64,000 nt of DNA from Amphiscolops sp. MND2022 (lineage: Eukaryota), in the NCBI GenBank assembly GCA_964187785.1, contig OZ076409.1, positions 7,814,001 to 7,878,000 of the forward strand, in the 5' to 3' direction. The position numbers were made by a program, and so were the translations under genes. The first letter of the stretch is position 1. Each line of letters starts with the position of its first letter. Positions 1-10,535 of the stretch are shown in pieces. Below the pieces are notes generated by a model. That model worked only from the letters and a program-made list of their open reading frames with translations, made no database searches and was not told where the DNA came from.

Positions 1-124
1 CCTCGTTGCTATCAGAATCATTGGCAGAAGACTGAGCCATGTCTGGGTCCGTTTGAACGGGTGTTTCTGATGAGGAACTAATAACTCTTCCGCTTCTGAG
101 TTCGGTGCCTAGATCTGGGTTCAT
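1..124 (-). CDS. gag: 5' end of gag of a second, tandem copy of element 1 (continues off the left edge)
   Basis: 1..124 is identical to 17008..17131, the start of gag ORF 15626..17131; ATG at 124 on the minus strand. Confidence 0.9.
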   Translation of the reverse strand, partial: MNPDLGTELRSGRVISSSSETPVQTDPDMAQSSANDSDSNE

Positions 125-696
125 AGAGGTGAGAGAAAAGGAATTATGAGTGAAGACTGGATTCTGGATGATTTTCGATTTATTTTACTATTTTGTGCCT
201 TTATTCGAACTCAAATTCACTATTTCTGAACTTGAGATGTAAATGCGATGAGTCTTACAGTAAGACAAGGATACTAGTATAGAATGAGAATAGTTAACGA
301 GGATTAAGTAGAGTTCATCCAAATTTCATCGAACAGGTATCAATCAAGAAATTACTCAAGAGTTGTGAAGGTAGCGTTTTTACGATGAATAAGAGATATG
401 TTTTCTAGTTCAAATCTGTCGTAATTCGTCCAACTGGACAGTAGCTAATCGCAATTTCGGTCTGAGTAATCTCTAATGGCGGTCCAAAATACAGCAGTTC
501 ACGTGTCTTTTCAGGCTGGTAAGACGCTAAATCTCTTACCAGCCGACTCTTATTGGCTATTGCCAGTTGGTGCTAATTGGTAAGTCACGTGACCGGTGTT
601 GTGAACTGCCGCAAGTTGGCCAAACCACATGGTACATCTACATATGTTAATTATGACTAATCATCACTTTACAATGTCGCAATTGCCTGCACACAG

Positions 697-2048
697 TGTC
701 ATGGTTTCCATAGCAACTCAAATCATTCAATAATGTACTAATTTCAAGTCAAAACAGAGTAAACTGCATCACAGGATGAGAAAACGATGTTTTTCCAACT
801 AATTCTAGCATTAAAATCAATACTTCAAAAACAAAGATGGAAACGCGATGAATTCGTCAGAATATTCGCTGATTTTCAAGTCTAGTTTAGCTCTGGATGA
901 AAATGCGATGAATGGTGGTCTTTTAGCTCGAAAATCAACACGATATGAACTGACGATGATAAAAGGATGAACTCGTCTTCAAAATGAATGATTTCCAGTA
1001 CAATTTAAATCAACGATGGTAAAAGGATGAACTCTCCTCGAAAATAACTAATTTCCAGCACTAGTGAAATTGACGATGAATTCAGGATGAATTCAGCCAA
1101 TAAAACAGGTGAAACAGCTAATCCTGCAGTGAAGACAAATATACGATGACTTTAGGATGAATACATTCAATAAAACAGCAAAATCTAATGAATGAAATTC
1201 CAACGATGGGTTTAGGATGAACTCAACTGAAAATTCGGTTAATTCTAACGTAAGTCGAACTAGCGATGGATTTACGATGAACTAGTGATGAGTTAATCTA
1301 ATAAAACAGATATCCAGCACTTCACTCTTTTTTAGGATGAATTAAGGATGTACTTTCTCATTTCTTGCATTTTCTGTTCAGGGCGATGGAATATAGATGT
1401 GTTATGCTCTTTTAAGAAATGAGAAGCACATTGAAGGTTAAAAATCACAAAACGACGATGAGTATAAGATGGTTTTCATGCATTTTAAAGTCCCGTGAGA
1501 TCCGCTGATGGATCACTAAATGAAATCAACTAAATGTCCCAAATTTTGTTCACCCGCAATCTTGGCGATGTGATTGCGATGAACCTTGATAACATAGCAC
1601 CGTGATTTCACTAGTAAGTGAAGTTAAAGGATCACTAAGTCCGCTGATGGATTAGTGATGAACTTTTCTGAAAATCGTCACGACTACAAGTCCTGAGGCG
1701 AGGGAGCTAGTAGAAGTTACATATTCCATTATTTCTACATCTCTCGGTCCAGTCTGACCGGAAAACTTCTCTCCCTCATCGTGACAAACCAATATTGAAT
1801 AAGATAGCACATTAAGAGCTATTGGCCAGATCATTTGTGCGGACACCGGAATTAGAGCGCTCAGTATTAAGTAAATATATATAGCTCAAACTCAGGGGGG
1901 ATAGGGATTAAAGTACAAGTAACGTAGGGTTGCTCACAACCATGGCTCTTATTATATGACATCATATTGCCCATATCTAAGTACATAAGACATAATATTT
2001 ACATTACAAATATTTAGTAGATTATATTTCCATCATGCTGGCATGACA
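697..2048 (-). repeat. LTR of element 1 shared by two tandem copies (3' LTR of the right copy, 5' LTR of the left copy); inner boundary tentative
   Basis: Outer boundary is firm: minus strand reads PPT-like CCGGGGAG then TGTCATG at 2048. Inner boundary 697 rests only on a 7-bp inverted repeat (TGTCATG 697-703 / CATGACA 2042-2048); no TGG primer-binding site follows it. TATA-like run at about 1873-1883. Confidence 0.55.
775..1660 (+). repeat. Array of GATG-N7-GATG motifs about 60 bp apart (repeated at 17782-18667)
   Basis: Motif starts at 775, 836, 896, 955, 1015, 1075, 1145, 1205, 1265 (triple), 1336, 1385, 1457, 1567 and 1646; sequence between motifs is diverged. Confidence 0.9.
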
Positions 2049-2062
2049 CTCCCCGGGGCGGG
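2049..2062 (-). other. Short polypurine-tract-like plus-strand primer of element 1
   Basis: Minus strand CCCGCCCCGGGGAG directly precedes the LTR start TGTCA; element 3 has the related CCCGGGGAGTGA before its LTR. Confidence 0.7.
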
Positions 2063-2575
2063 ATTTGGACTGAGAGTGCAGGGGCCAAATGTGCAGAGGA
2101 TGGTTGTCTCGGCGTTGGCTTCGACTGGTCCTTCGTTTGGTTGGGGAGAAAATGGCCTTCGTTAGTTCTGAATTGGCATGTCCTTCGTTTGTTCTGTCCT
2201 GTGAGAGCTTCTCTGAGAAGAGGACCTTCGGTAATCGTCTTTTCTGGCATCATTCCTGGGTGATTTCGGTTAAAATTTTCGACGCGGCAACTCTAATTCT
2301 TGGTCCATCGAATGTCCGTTGATCTGCATTTTATTGGTTGTCATGCTTTTGACGGGAGTTTCGGCTGGTTATTTTCGGTAGAAGCTGATTTCTCGGAGAA
2401 GAGTTTCCCTCCAAAACGCCTACGCTGAGTAAACAATTCGATTAGCTTCCCTGACAAATTGGCAGCGAGTCAGGGATGAATGAACGATGAATTGTTTGCT
2501 CAGCGAGACACTGATGCCGTTTAGCGGAGTGGCTGGCGCCGTTGCTTGTTTACTCGCGATGAAAGGAGATGAATC

Positions 2576-2677
2576 GTTGCCATAGCAACTGTCAAAAGTT
2601 ACTTCCGCTGCTCGACTTTTGAGTGAAAGGAAAGAGATGAATTCGTCGCCATAGCAACTGTTGCTCGATTTGATTGG
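2576..2677 (+). promoter_or_regulatory. Two RFX X-box motifs and a CCAAT box upstream of the antisense cargo gene
   Basis: GTTGCCATAGCAAC 2576-2589, GTCGCCATAGCAAC 2645-2658, ATTGG 2673-2677. The X-box consensus GTNNCCATRGNAAC is established knowledge. Confidence 0.65.
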
Positions 2678-3182
2678 CTGAGACTGAACTTATAAGTGAA
2701 GGAAATTACAACCGGTTGTCAGCGGCATTCTCATCCATAAATCATCCTCCATTCAAGTCGGTTTGAAAATCGCCACGATTTCCTTTGCGCGTTTCCGCTC
2801 AACTTCGTCGGTATTGATCTGAGACTGGCAGCTGTCAACAAATCAAATACTTGAAAAGTTTTTTGTCAAGTCCTAGGAGAGGACGATCCATTTTCAGAGA
2901 AAGCTTGAGTTGGCTGTACTGGGAAGAGAAGTGATGTCAGTATTTGAAATCGGAGTTTTTTCATCGATTTTTCATCTTCTGAATTCAAGTATTTGATTAA
3001 CATGGCATTCAAGCTGCGTCGCGCTCTTTGAAATCTTCTATTGAATTTGTCCTTCCGTAATCATGGTTGATCAGGCCATTTAATTACTGATCAAATTCTC
3101 TGTTCCTGAATTCTTCGATTTCTTTCCTTCTTTCACCTTCTTCCATTCTTTTCAGATTGTTTGTTTTGCAATTCACTTCGAG

Positions 3183-6100
3183 ATGTCAGACATTCATTCA
3201 GTCTACTCCTTACCAGATACCGAGGTCACAGAAAGTAAGTGCACTAGTTTTTCTTTTCTTCACAAACGGGTTAGGGACAACTAGGTACTGAAAATACGTC
3301 TTGCCTTAGCTGACTCAGTCCATTCTGTTGGCATCGTATCTGAGTTGACGACGCTTCAAACTGTGCCGCCGCAAGAGACTCCAATGGCCCAACCAGCTAT
3401 CGCTGAGCCTCAGGTTGACCCTGGTAGTCAGCCAAATCAAGAGTTCAATGTCCCGTATCTTCCGCAGTGTAAGTACTATCCTTCCGGCCTTCAGATCAGT
3501 CTTCGAATCCCTCATGTCTCATCCTTACTTCGTCCAGTAGTTGACTCCTTTTCGTATGGTGTTTCAGACCACTACCCCTGGTATGCTTCCCTAGGTAGCA
3601 TCACCTTCGGGTGGTATGACCGCCACATGCGGGACATGCTGCGGGATAGCATTCAGCAGTACAGTGAGTTTGTCAATTTCCTTTTCACTTCTCTAGGCTA
3701 TCGTCCGAACACTCCGATGTGATTCCGATGTAAACATCTCATCTGCATGTAGTGTCCTTTGCGGTCGATTACCCATGTAATTCACCTTCGAGATGAATTT
3801 AGGATGTGTCATGAACATTCACAGCTCTTCATGACTGACTCGCTGTAAATCCCATTTTTTGAAGATGAGTTTTGGATGTATTCTTCTCCGTTTTTTCTTT
3901 CTTCGCGCGGCGTACGCGCTCTTTCTTCTCTAATCGTCGTCGTCCAGTAACTGTTTTCTTCTTTCAGGCCCCACACCGATTCACGCGCCGAGGCCTCGGC
4001 CCATCACCTGTTCCATTGGAATAGGGACTAGTGATCACCAGGCTGAGAACATTGATGCTAGTACTCAGGGAGGGCCTCCTCAACTTGACTTGTCCTCGTT
4101 CCTTCAGGACTTGTCATTTGGGAGCGTAAGTTCTCCTGTCAGGCAGGCACCAGTGTCTGTACTGTCACCAGTGCTGAGGAGTTCTTTTGCCGCTAGTAGT
4201 CCTCCTCCTGCTCGTATCACTCTCGACGCTGCTGTGAATGCTGTTGTCGATTGCGTGGATGCAGTCATCGATGCCGTTGTCGATACCTCTGATCGAGCAG
4301 TCCAGGCCGTTGTGGAAGTCAGTGAGTCCTCCACCTTCCATGATCCTCCTGTTGAGGAACCTGTCATCGTTGCCTCTTCTTCTGTTCCTACCCTCCCAGT
4401 CAGCGACACTGATACAGTTGGTGATGCTTCCGTGAGTACCGCCGGCGGTGCTGAGACCCTACTTGAAGTCCCTGGTGACTTCTCGTCCGACATCCTTCTG
4501 CCTGCTGAACCTGACCGAGAATCTGCCTCTCCCAGTGCTGCTCTCATGTCGACCGTGGCTTCTCCCATGGGACCCAGTCTACTGGATAGTGATGACGAAC
4601 CAATCGCGTCCCGTCTGCCAGGTTAACTAAACAGCTTTAAACTGGTGAAGTATCTGATCAGTAGATTTTTCATTCATTTCCTTCTTCGCTTTTGCTTTCA
4701 CTAGCATCTTTCACGTTTTCCTTCTTTTCTATCCATTTTTCATCGTTCTTCTGTTTTCACTATATGGTTTTCTGCAGTTTTCCATTTTTCCATCACATTC
4801 TCATCGTCAAAGGTCGTTGAACATTAGTTTTCGCTCTCTAGTCCTTTTAGAATTTTCATCTCTTTTACATCTTTAAAATTTTCTCTTTTCGGTTTTCGCT
4901 ATTTGTCGGTGTTTTCTTTTCAGTTTTCATCTCTTTTTCATCGTTAAGTTGTTTTCGCTCTAAAATATCTCAATTTTGGTTCAAAGTCGTTCTATTTATC
5001 TCTTTTCCATCGTTCAAGTTTTCATTCTTTAAGGTTTCCATTTTTCATCCTGGTGATGTGCAAAATGCATCTCTTTTTCATCTTTTCGTTTTCTTCGTTT
5101 TCCGCTTATATTTCCTGATGAAAATATTATTTTACATCATTTTTTCATCACTCCGGGTGACTTTTTGGAAGTTTGCGGTGGTTTTTTCATTTTTCAGTTT
5201 TGTAAAGATTATTTTAAGATGATCTTGGTATTTTGTGTGAACGTGGTTGTTTTTAGTGGATGTGTTATGTGTTGGCATGTGATTATTTCTGTTTGTAGGG
5301 CGAAAAGTGATCAAGTCATGGTGGTTTTCTCATGAATACTGTGGGCTTGCACTGGGCTATGCACGAAGTCATCAATCGCGGCTATCATTCGTTCGATGTT
5401 TACTGTGCAAGCGTGATATCAATGTTGGCAGTCGTGGTATCACTACTTTCATGGAGCATTGTCGTGGGCTCCGTCACCATCGTTTGGACTGCCTGATTCG
5501 TTTGTTTCGGGATTTACCGTTGCGGCGACGCGATGGGTCATTGATGAGCAATGAAGAGAGTGTGGAGTGTAGGAGCAGCCTGGGCGGTGCAATGGTGCCA
5601 TTCATTGAGACGTGCCCCTCCTTTAGTGTACTGGAGGTGTTTGAGTTGGAAGCAGCTGGACGACCTGTGTGGGGGGACGAGGAGGAAGAGGATCTATTGT
5701 GTGAAAAGACCGTGCATCTGTTCGTGTGCCTGGTTATTGACGCAATCTATCGTGGGTGTCAGTTCGCCAGCGTAACGAGTTTGTGGGAGGTGATGGTTGC
5801 GTCAGAGCCGCAACATGCCTCTCTTTTCGGTGTTACTTGCGAAGTGAATGACGTGATGGTAATTCGTATTTCCTTCTGTTTTTTTTTGTTTCATGAAGGT
5901 TCGTGTAGATGGAAAAAAAATATACATTTAGTGGGTAGTTATCCATAGGTAGTTTTGAAGCTGGTGTAGGGGGGATTTTCAACTATTAATTGTGTCGGGT
6001 TATTTTTAAGCGGATCGTGAATTAATGTATAGTAAAGTTGATGTTTGTTTTTAGAGTGTGGTTCTACTGAGTTTGTGGCCGTACGCGATGAAGAGGCTAA

Positions 6101-7962
6101 TCACTCTGTGGTCTAACTGTGGGTTTACCAGCTTTCATGTGGCTGTTGGGCAGGGGCGCGTGACTGGCACGGTCACAATGTGTTCTCTAGAAGGGATCAG
6201 TCAGTACTGTGTCTTCAGTTTTTGTCTGTCTGAGGATTGGGAAAAACGAGTTGTCACGTGGATGATTAACATGTGGTGTTGTTTGCTTGGAGAACCTGTT
6301 CCACTTGGACTGTGTTGCGATGCGTTGCCTCAGCTGGGTGGACTGTTCCAAGCCGCCACTGGCGTTGGGTCACTGGAGTTGAAGACGCTGTCATTGTGTG
6401 AAATCAGTCGGACAATTGTGGACGTGGGAGGGCGGGCGCTCGGCGGGACTGATATTCACGTGGTGCTGAATCATCTGCAGAAGAGACTGAAAGGATATGT
6501 CAGGGATCCTCTGTTGTTGAGCTGCCCTCATCTGTTGCAGGTCGGTGTAGTCTTCCGCTTTTATTTGAGTGTTACTATGAGTTGTACTCTTTGTCTGTTT
6601 CTGTTGTTTGTATATTGGTAGTTGTTTGTATTGTAATATTTTGTTTTATCTATGTGGAGCTTGTTATGTTTTGTTTAGGCTATTTTATCCGGGGAAGTCT
6701 ACGTGTGGACTCTTGCTGATGTGTGCGATGAATTACGTGCCAATTGGGCAGAAGTGCTGTGTCTAGTTCGATTCGCTTCGGGAGACGGGCCAGTAGATGC
6801 GTTGGATCTTACTTTGAGGGTGGAGTTTGGGATCCCAATCAGGCTCCGAGCACTTAGTATGGTCTATCGTGCTTGTTAGTATGTCGTATACTTACCGGGT
6901 GGGAAGTTTCTGCAGTTGGCTTTACGTATTCGAGTGTTTAATCAATTCGCATTTTTCGGGAAGGGAACGGGGGGGTTAGTCCGATTATTTACTGTGTATA
7001 GAATTGTTGTGTTTTTCATTTCAGTAGTGACGTCGTACGAAAAGAGTTTCGGGTCTTCATCATTGCGGAGTTGTTACTGGGCGATCGAGAGTGCATTGTT
7101 TGTGAAACGCCTGCTGACTCTACTGGTTGATGAAGAGAGCCTGCCCACTGATCTGGATATCCGAGGGTGGTTGTTTGTGGATGTAGACAGTTATGTTGTG
7201 TCAGCGACTAAGTTACAAGCCCTTATCGCGAGTTTCAGCTCAGATGAGAATTTGACGGAAGATGTGGCTGTGTATGAAGAGGATGTGTCCCGAGTGCCTA
7301 ATTTCTTATTGTCTATCGTCAAGAACGTATTATTGCTACCAGGGATTCGTGACGATCTTGCTTTCGTGCGAAGTGTCTTTAGTTCACCCAGACTGGTTTG
7401 TGTGGCGGAAACTGATCTTGTGGCGGAAATTCGCAATTTTACTGGTTTACTTGTGGAAATGGGGCGGATCAGTTTAGTCGAACAGGATCGAATGGAGCTC
7501 GGATTTCTGGAATTCATAAGGGCTTTTCGGTGCGAGCCTAGGCTAGCTGGGGCGACTGCCGAGTATTCAGCCGTTGATCTGTTGCGTTTCTGTTCCAGTC
7601 GCGGGTCGCAGAGTCTGTTACAACTTGTCTTTTGCCTGGGAGGGGTGGTGCAGAGCACTTGCAATACTATATGCGAAGGGATCGGGCACCTGCCGAGCGA
7701 TGTCATGAGCTGTGTATGTGCAGTAATCTCTAGTTATTTGTCTGCTAATCATGTGCGAAGTTACGGTAGTGTCAGTGGGCCACTGATGGAAGAAGTGATG
7801 GAGTCGCACAGAAGGCTCGTCGATCTATCAGAGATTACAGAGGGCATGTTGTGGGACGACGTCGGTATCGTGGCTGGGGAAGATTATCGTCTCCAGTTAT
7901 ATGCTAGTCTTGGTTATGATGTGACCGGGGAGCGGGCTGCCAGTCCCGAGATTGGAAACTGA
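3183..7962 (+). CDS. Seven-exon antisense cargo gene, about 1014 aa: low-complexity N-terminus, BED-like Zn finger, degenerate hAT-transposase-like body
   Basis: Exons 3183-3234, 3310-3468, 3968-4621, 5299-5858, 6055-6540, 6679-6874, 7025-7962. All six introns are GT..AG with matching phases (1,1,1,0,0,1); joined length is 3045 nt with no internal stop. CLLC-x16-H-x5-H at 5397-5480. AATAAA at 8063. Confidence 0.8.
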
Positions 7963-8062
7963 CTTATTAACTGTTTATGTTGTTCATTGTTTTGCTATAT
8001 AATTTGTTGTATTTACATATTAGTGTAGTTATTCATATGTTGGGAGACCCATGAAAAAGGTC

Positions 8063-8068
8063 AATAAA
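8063..8068 (+). terminator. Polyadenylation signal of the antisense cargo gene
   Basis: AATAAA about 100 nt after the TGA at 7960-7962. Confidence 0.55.
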
Positions 8069-10535
8069 TGGAAAGCACAGTGATGACTATAGTGAGAATG
8101 ATACAAATCCAGATGCTACGGCGGAAAGATCGGTAGTAGTGTGTTTACAACATTAGTTATTTTGGTGCCCAACAGCTGTTTTTCTTTTGAGTTGTTAGAG
8201 ATAGTTACAGAGGATATTAAGTACGTGTAAATCAACAAGTTCGTCCAACAGTTCACTTGAAGCATTGTCTTCGGTATTTTTGTATCATAGATCATCGGTC
8301 GGGCGTCGCTTTTATGGTGTTCATCGTTATTACATCTCGTGGTAGTGTGAGTAACTCGTCAGCGTTTGATCTTTGATTTTTCATCGTATTTTCATCACGT
8401 TTTCTTCGGTCGGCCGAGCGACGTCGCGAAAAGTGATTTTTCATCTTTTTTACATCGTTTGTTATATGTGATTCATTGCATGTTTGTTACATGTGATTTT
8501 TCTACATAGTTCATCGTTTTTTCATCTTGCCTTTGAATTTTTGCATTTTTGCTAGCTATTTGGTGTAATTCATCGTTTTTGTATCGCAAGTTTGACTTGA
8601 CAAGTTTTTTGCTCATTTTGCTGTATAGTTCATCTTCTTTTCATCGTGCGTTTGAAATGTACGGATTTTGCGTGTTTTCGATGTTATTTGGGTATAACGT
8701 AAGCGGGGGTTGCATTTTTCATGTCCGGAGGAGGTTTTTATTAATATTGCGGTGTTTCGGATTGTTTTCTTCATGTATTTTAGCGTTATACGGTTATAAC
8801 CGTTTGTCGTGTTTTTGAATTTGCATGAGTTTTATGTTACATGTGTTTTGATCATCGTCGTCATGTTTCTAATTTGTCAACTACGGAACGTTATTGCATG
8901 TATTTTTAGTTCGCTTTCTGGTGACCGCCGCTTGCGTGGCGGTCGAAAATAAGTTCACTCAGCAGTGGTACTGATAGCCTGTAGGCGTGCAAGGTACTAG
9001 TGGCTTCAGTCCAGAGCTGGGTGAGTGGAGCTGCTCCGCTCCTTTCAGATAAATGGAATCTCGTAGTTTCGGGCTATATATAGTCTATATGTCATTTTTT
9101 CGGTTGGTTGTTTGCCATTATTCGTCAAAATGGGTTTGTCCATTTGACGGTCAGGCCGATCAATCAATGTGTTTGACATCTACGGTTATGCATGTGTCCA
9201 GTTTTAGACTATCTGTTTCTTGTATTTGCATGTATGGATTGTTACATGATGTGTTCTTTTAAATGGGTTGCCCCATTATTGACATGTCGTTATATGTTCG
9301 GTGTTAGTTTCATGTTTTTTGATTGTATTTTCGTTCATTTGGACAGGGCTTTGTCGTCACAAAGCCCCTACAAAACTAACTGAGAATCCACTAGCCGCTG
9401 GATAACCAACGCAGCAAGCTTCATCCGAATATGGTTGTGAGCTCCCCGCCTCAACTAACCAGCACTCTTTTCAGAGAAATGCCAGCCAGCACGAAGGAAT
9501 GGTTTTAGCTTTTCGATAGGGGTGTTTTGTATGTTATGATCTGATGTTTACTGAGGGGTGCTCACTCCTTTATTAGTTTTGTAGGTGTTTCGTCAATTCT
9601 TATATTTTGCATGTAAATTAGTAGACTTCATGTATTTTCGTTTGTTTGTTTCATTTTTATTCGTCTAGGTTCGGATGGTTTTGGTGTGAATTGCATATAT
9701 TATCTCGTTCATTTTTGAACGGTACATGTATATTTCCGTGCGTTGCTCATTTGTATTGCATGTAGTTTGGAATTGTTAATTGCTTTCGTGACGTCATTGA
9801 TTTGGCAGGTCTTTGAACTTTACATGTATTGATCATTACATTTTTGTGTCGCATAATTTCGTTGCATGATTCGAAATAAGGTCGGTTGTTTTTTATCGTT
9901 TCGTGGAGTTACATGTTGTTTGCGAATTAGCTGATTTATTGTGATGTTATGTTGATGGTGTTTCCCATCACAAAGAGGTGTTGGTAAGTCATTTAATATT
10001 TTCGAATTTCCATTTAGACTAAATTCATCGTTTTGACATCCTCCAGCGAAGCTAGAGTATTGTGTCAGGTTAACGATAAATTCGGTCACGATTTGATGGT
10101 AGTGTCCATCACAAATTCATCTCGTTAATTGATTTCGTGTAATTTATGAATAATTGGATCGAGTTCATCGCTATTTCATCCTCTAGCCGAGCTAGAGTCT
10201 TATGATAGTATGAACGTGATTGCGTTCGCATTCTGATGGTATTTTCCATCTCAAATGCATCGTTAGTAAATATTGCATGTTGATTGGTCGAATTTTTGAC
10301 TGAGTTCATCACCTTTTCATCTCAAATTTTGTGTGTTGTTTTTCCTGGGTTTTTGATCATGTTTCATCCATTTTACATCTCGTTTTGTTTGTATGCGGTT
10401 TTCATGTGATTTTTAGTGACTTTTCATCCATTTTACATCTTCATGTACTTTTTAAGTTCACATTGCATGTAATTCATTCGTTATGTGATTTGTTCATCCG
10501 TAATACATCTCAGATTTAAAATGAGACTTTCTTGG

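Larger units (their letters stand above)
1..2048. repeat. Direct repeat of 17008..19055 (gag start + leader + LTR), period 17007 bp
   Basis: No differences spotted by eye; identity ends exactly after ...GCATGACA at 2048 and 19055. Confidence 0.95.

Noticed and set aside
775..1660. CRISPR-like array (repeat plus variable spacer, about 60-bp period)
   Set aside because: The conserved part is only two 4-bp half-sites, there are no cas genes and the context is a eukaryotic retroelement.
1652..2322. Short ORFs in and next to the LTR (also 18659-18853, 20354-20551, 37600-37893)
   Set aside because: They lie in LTRs, have no recognisable motifs and are probably incidental.
3183..7962. Independent hAT DNA transposon nested in element 1
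   Set aside because: No TIRs or 8-bp TSD found, catalytic motifs are missing, and its introns carry the same motif as the retroelement leader.
8915..8990. Hammerhead ribozyme (CTGGTGA...GAAA, CTGATAG)
   Set aside because: The core does not fit CUGANGA-stem II-GAAA with compatible stems I and III.
9431..9442. 12-nt complement (ATGGTTGTGAGC) of LTR sequence GCTCACAACCAT at about 1932
   Set aside because: A 12-nt match somewhere within 17 kb is expected by chance and has no positional rationale.
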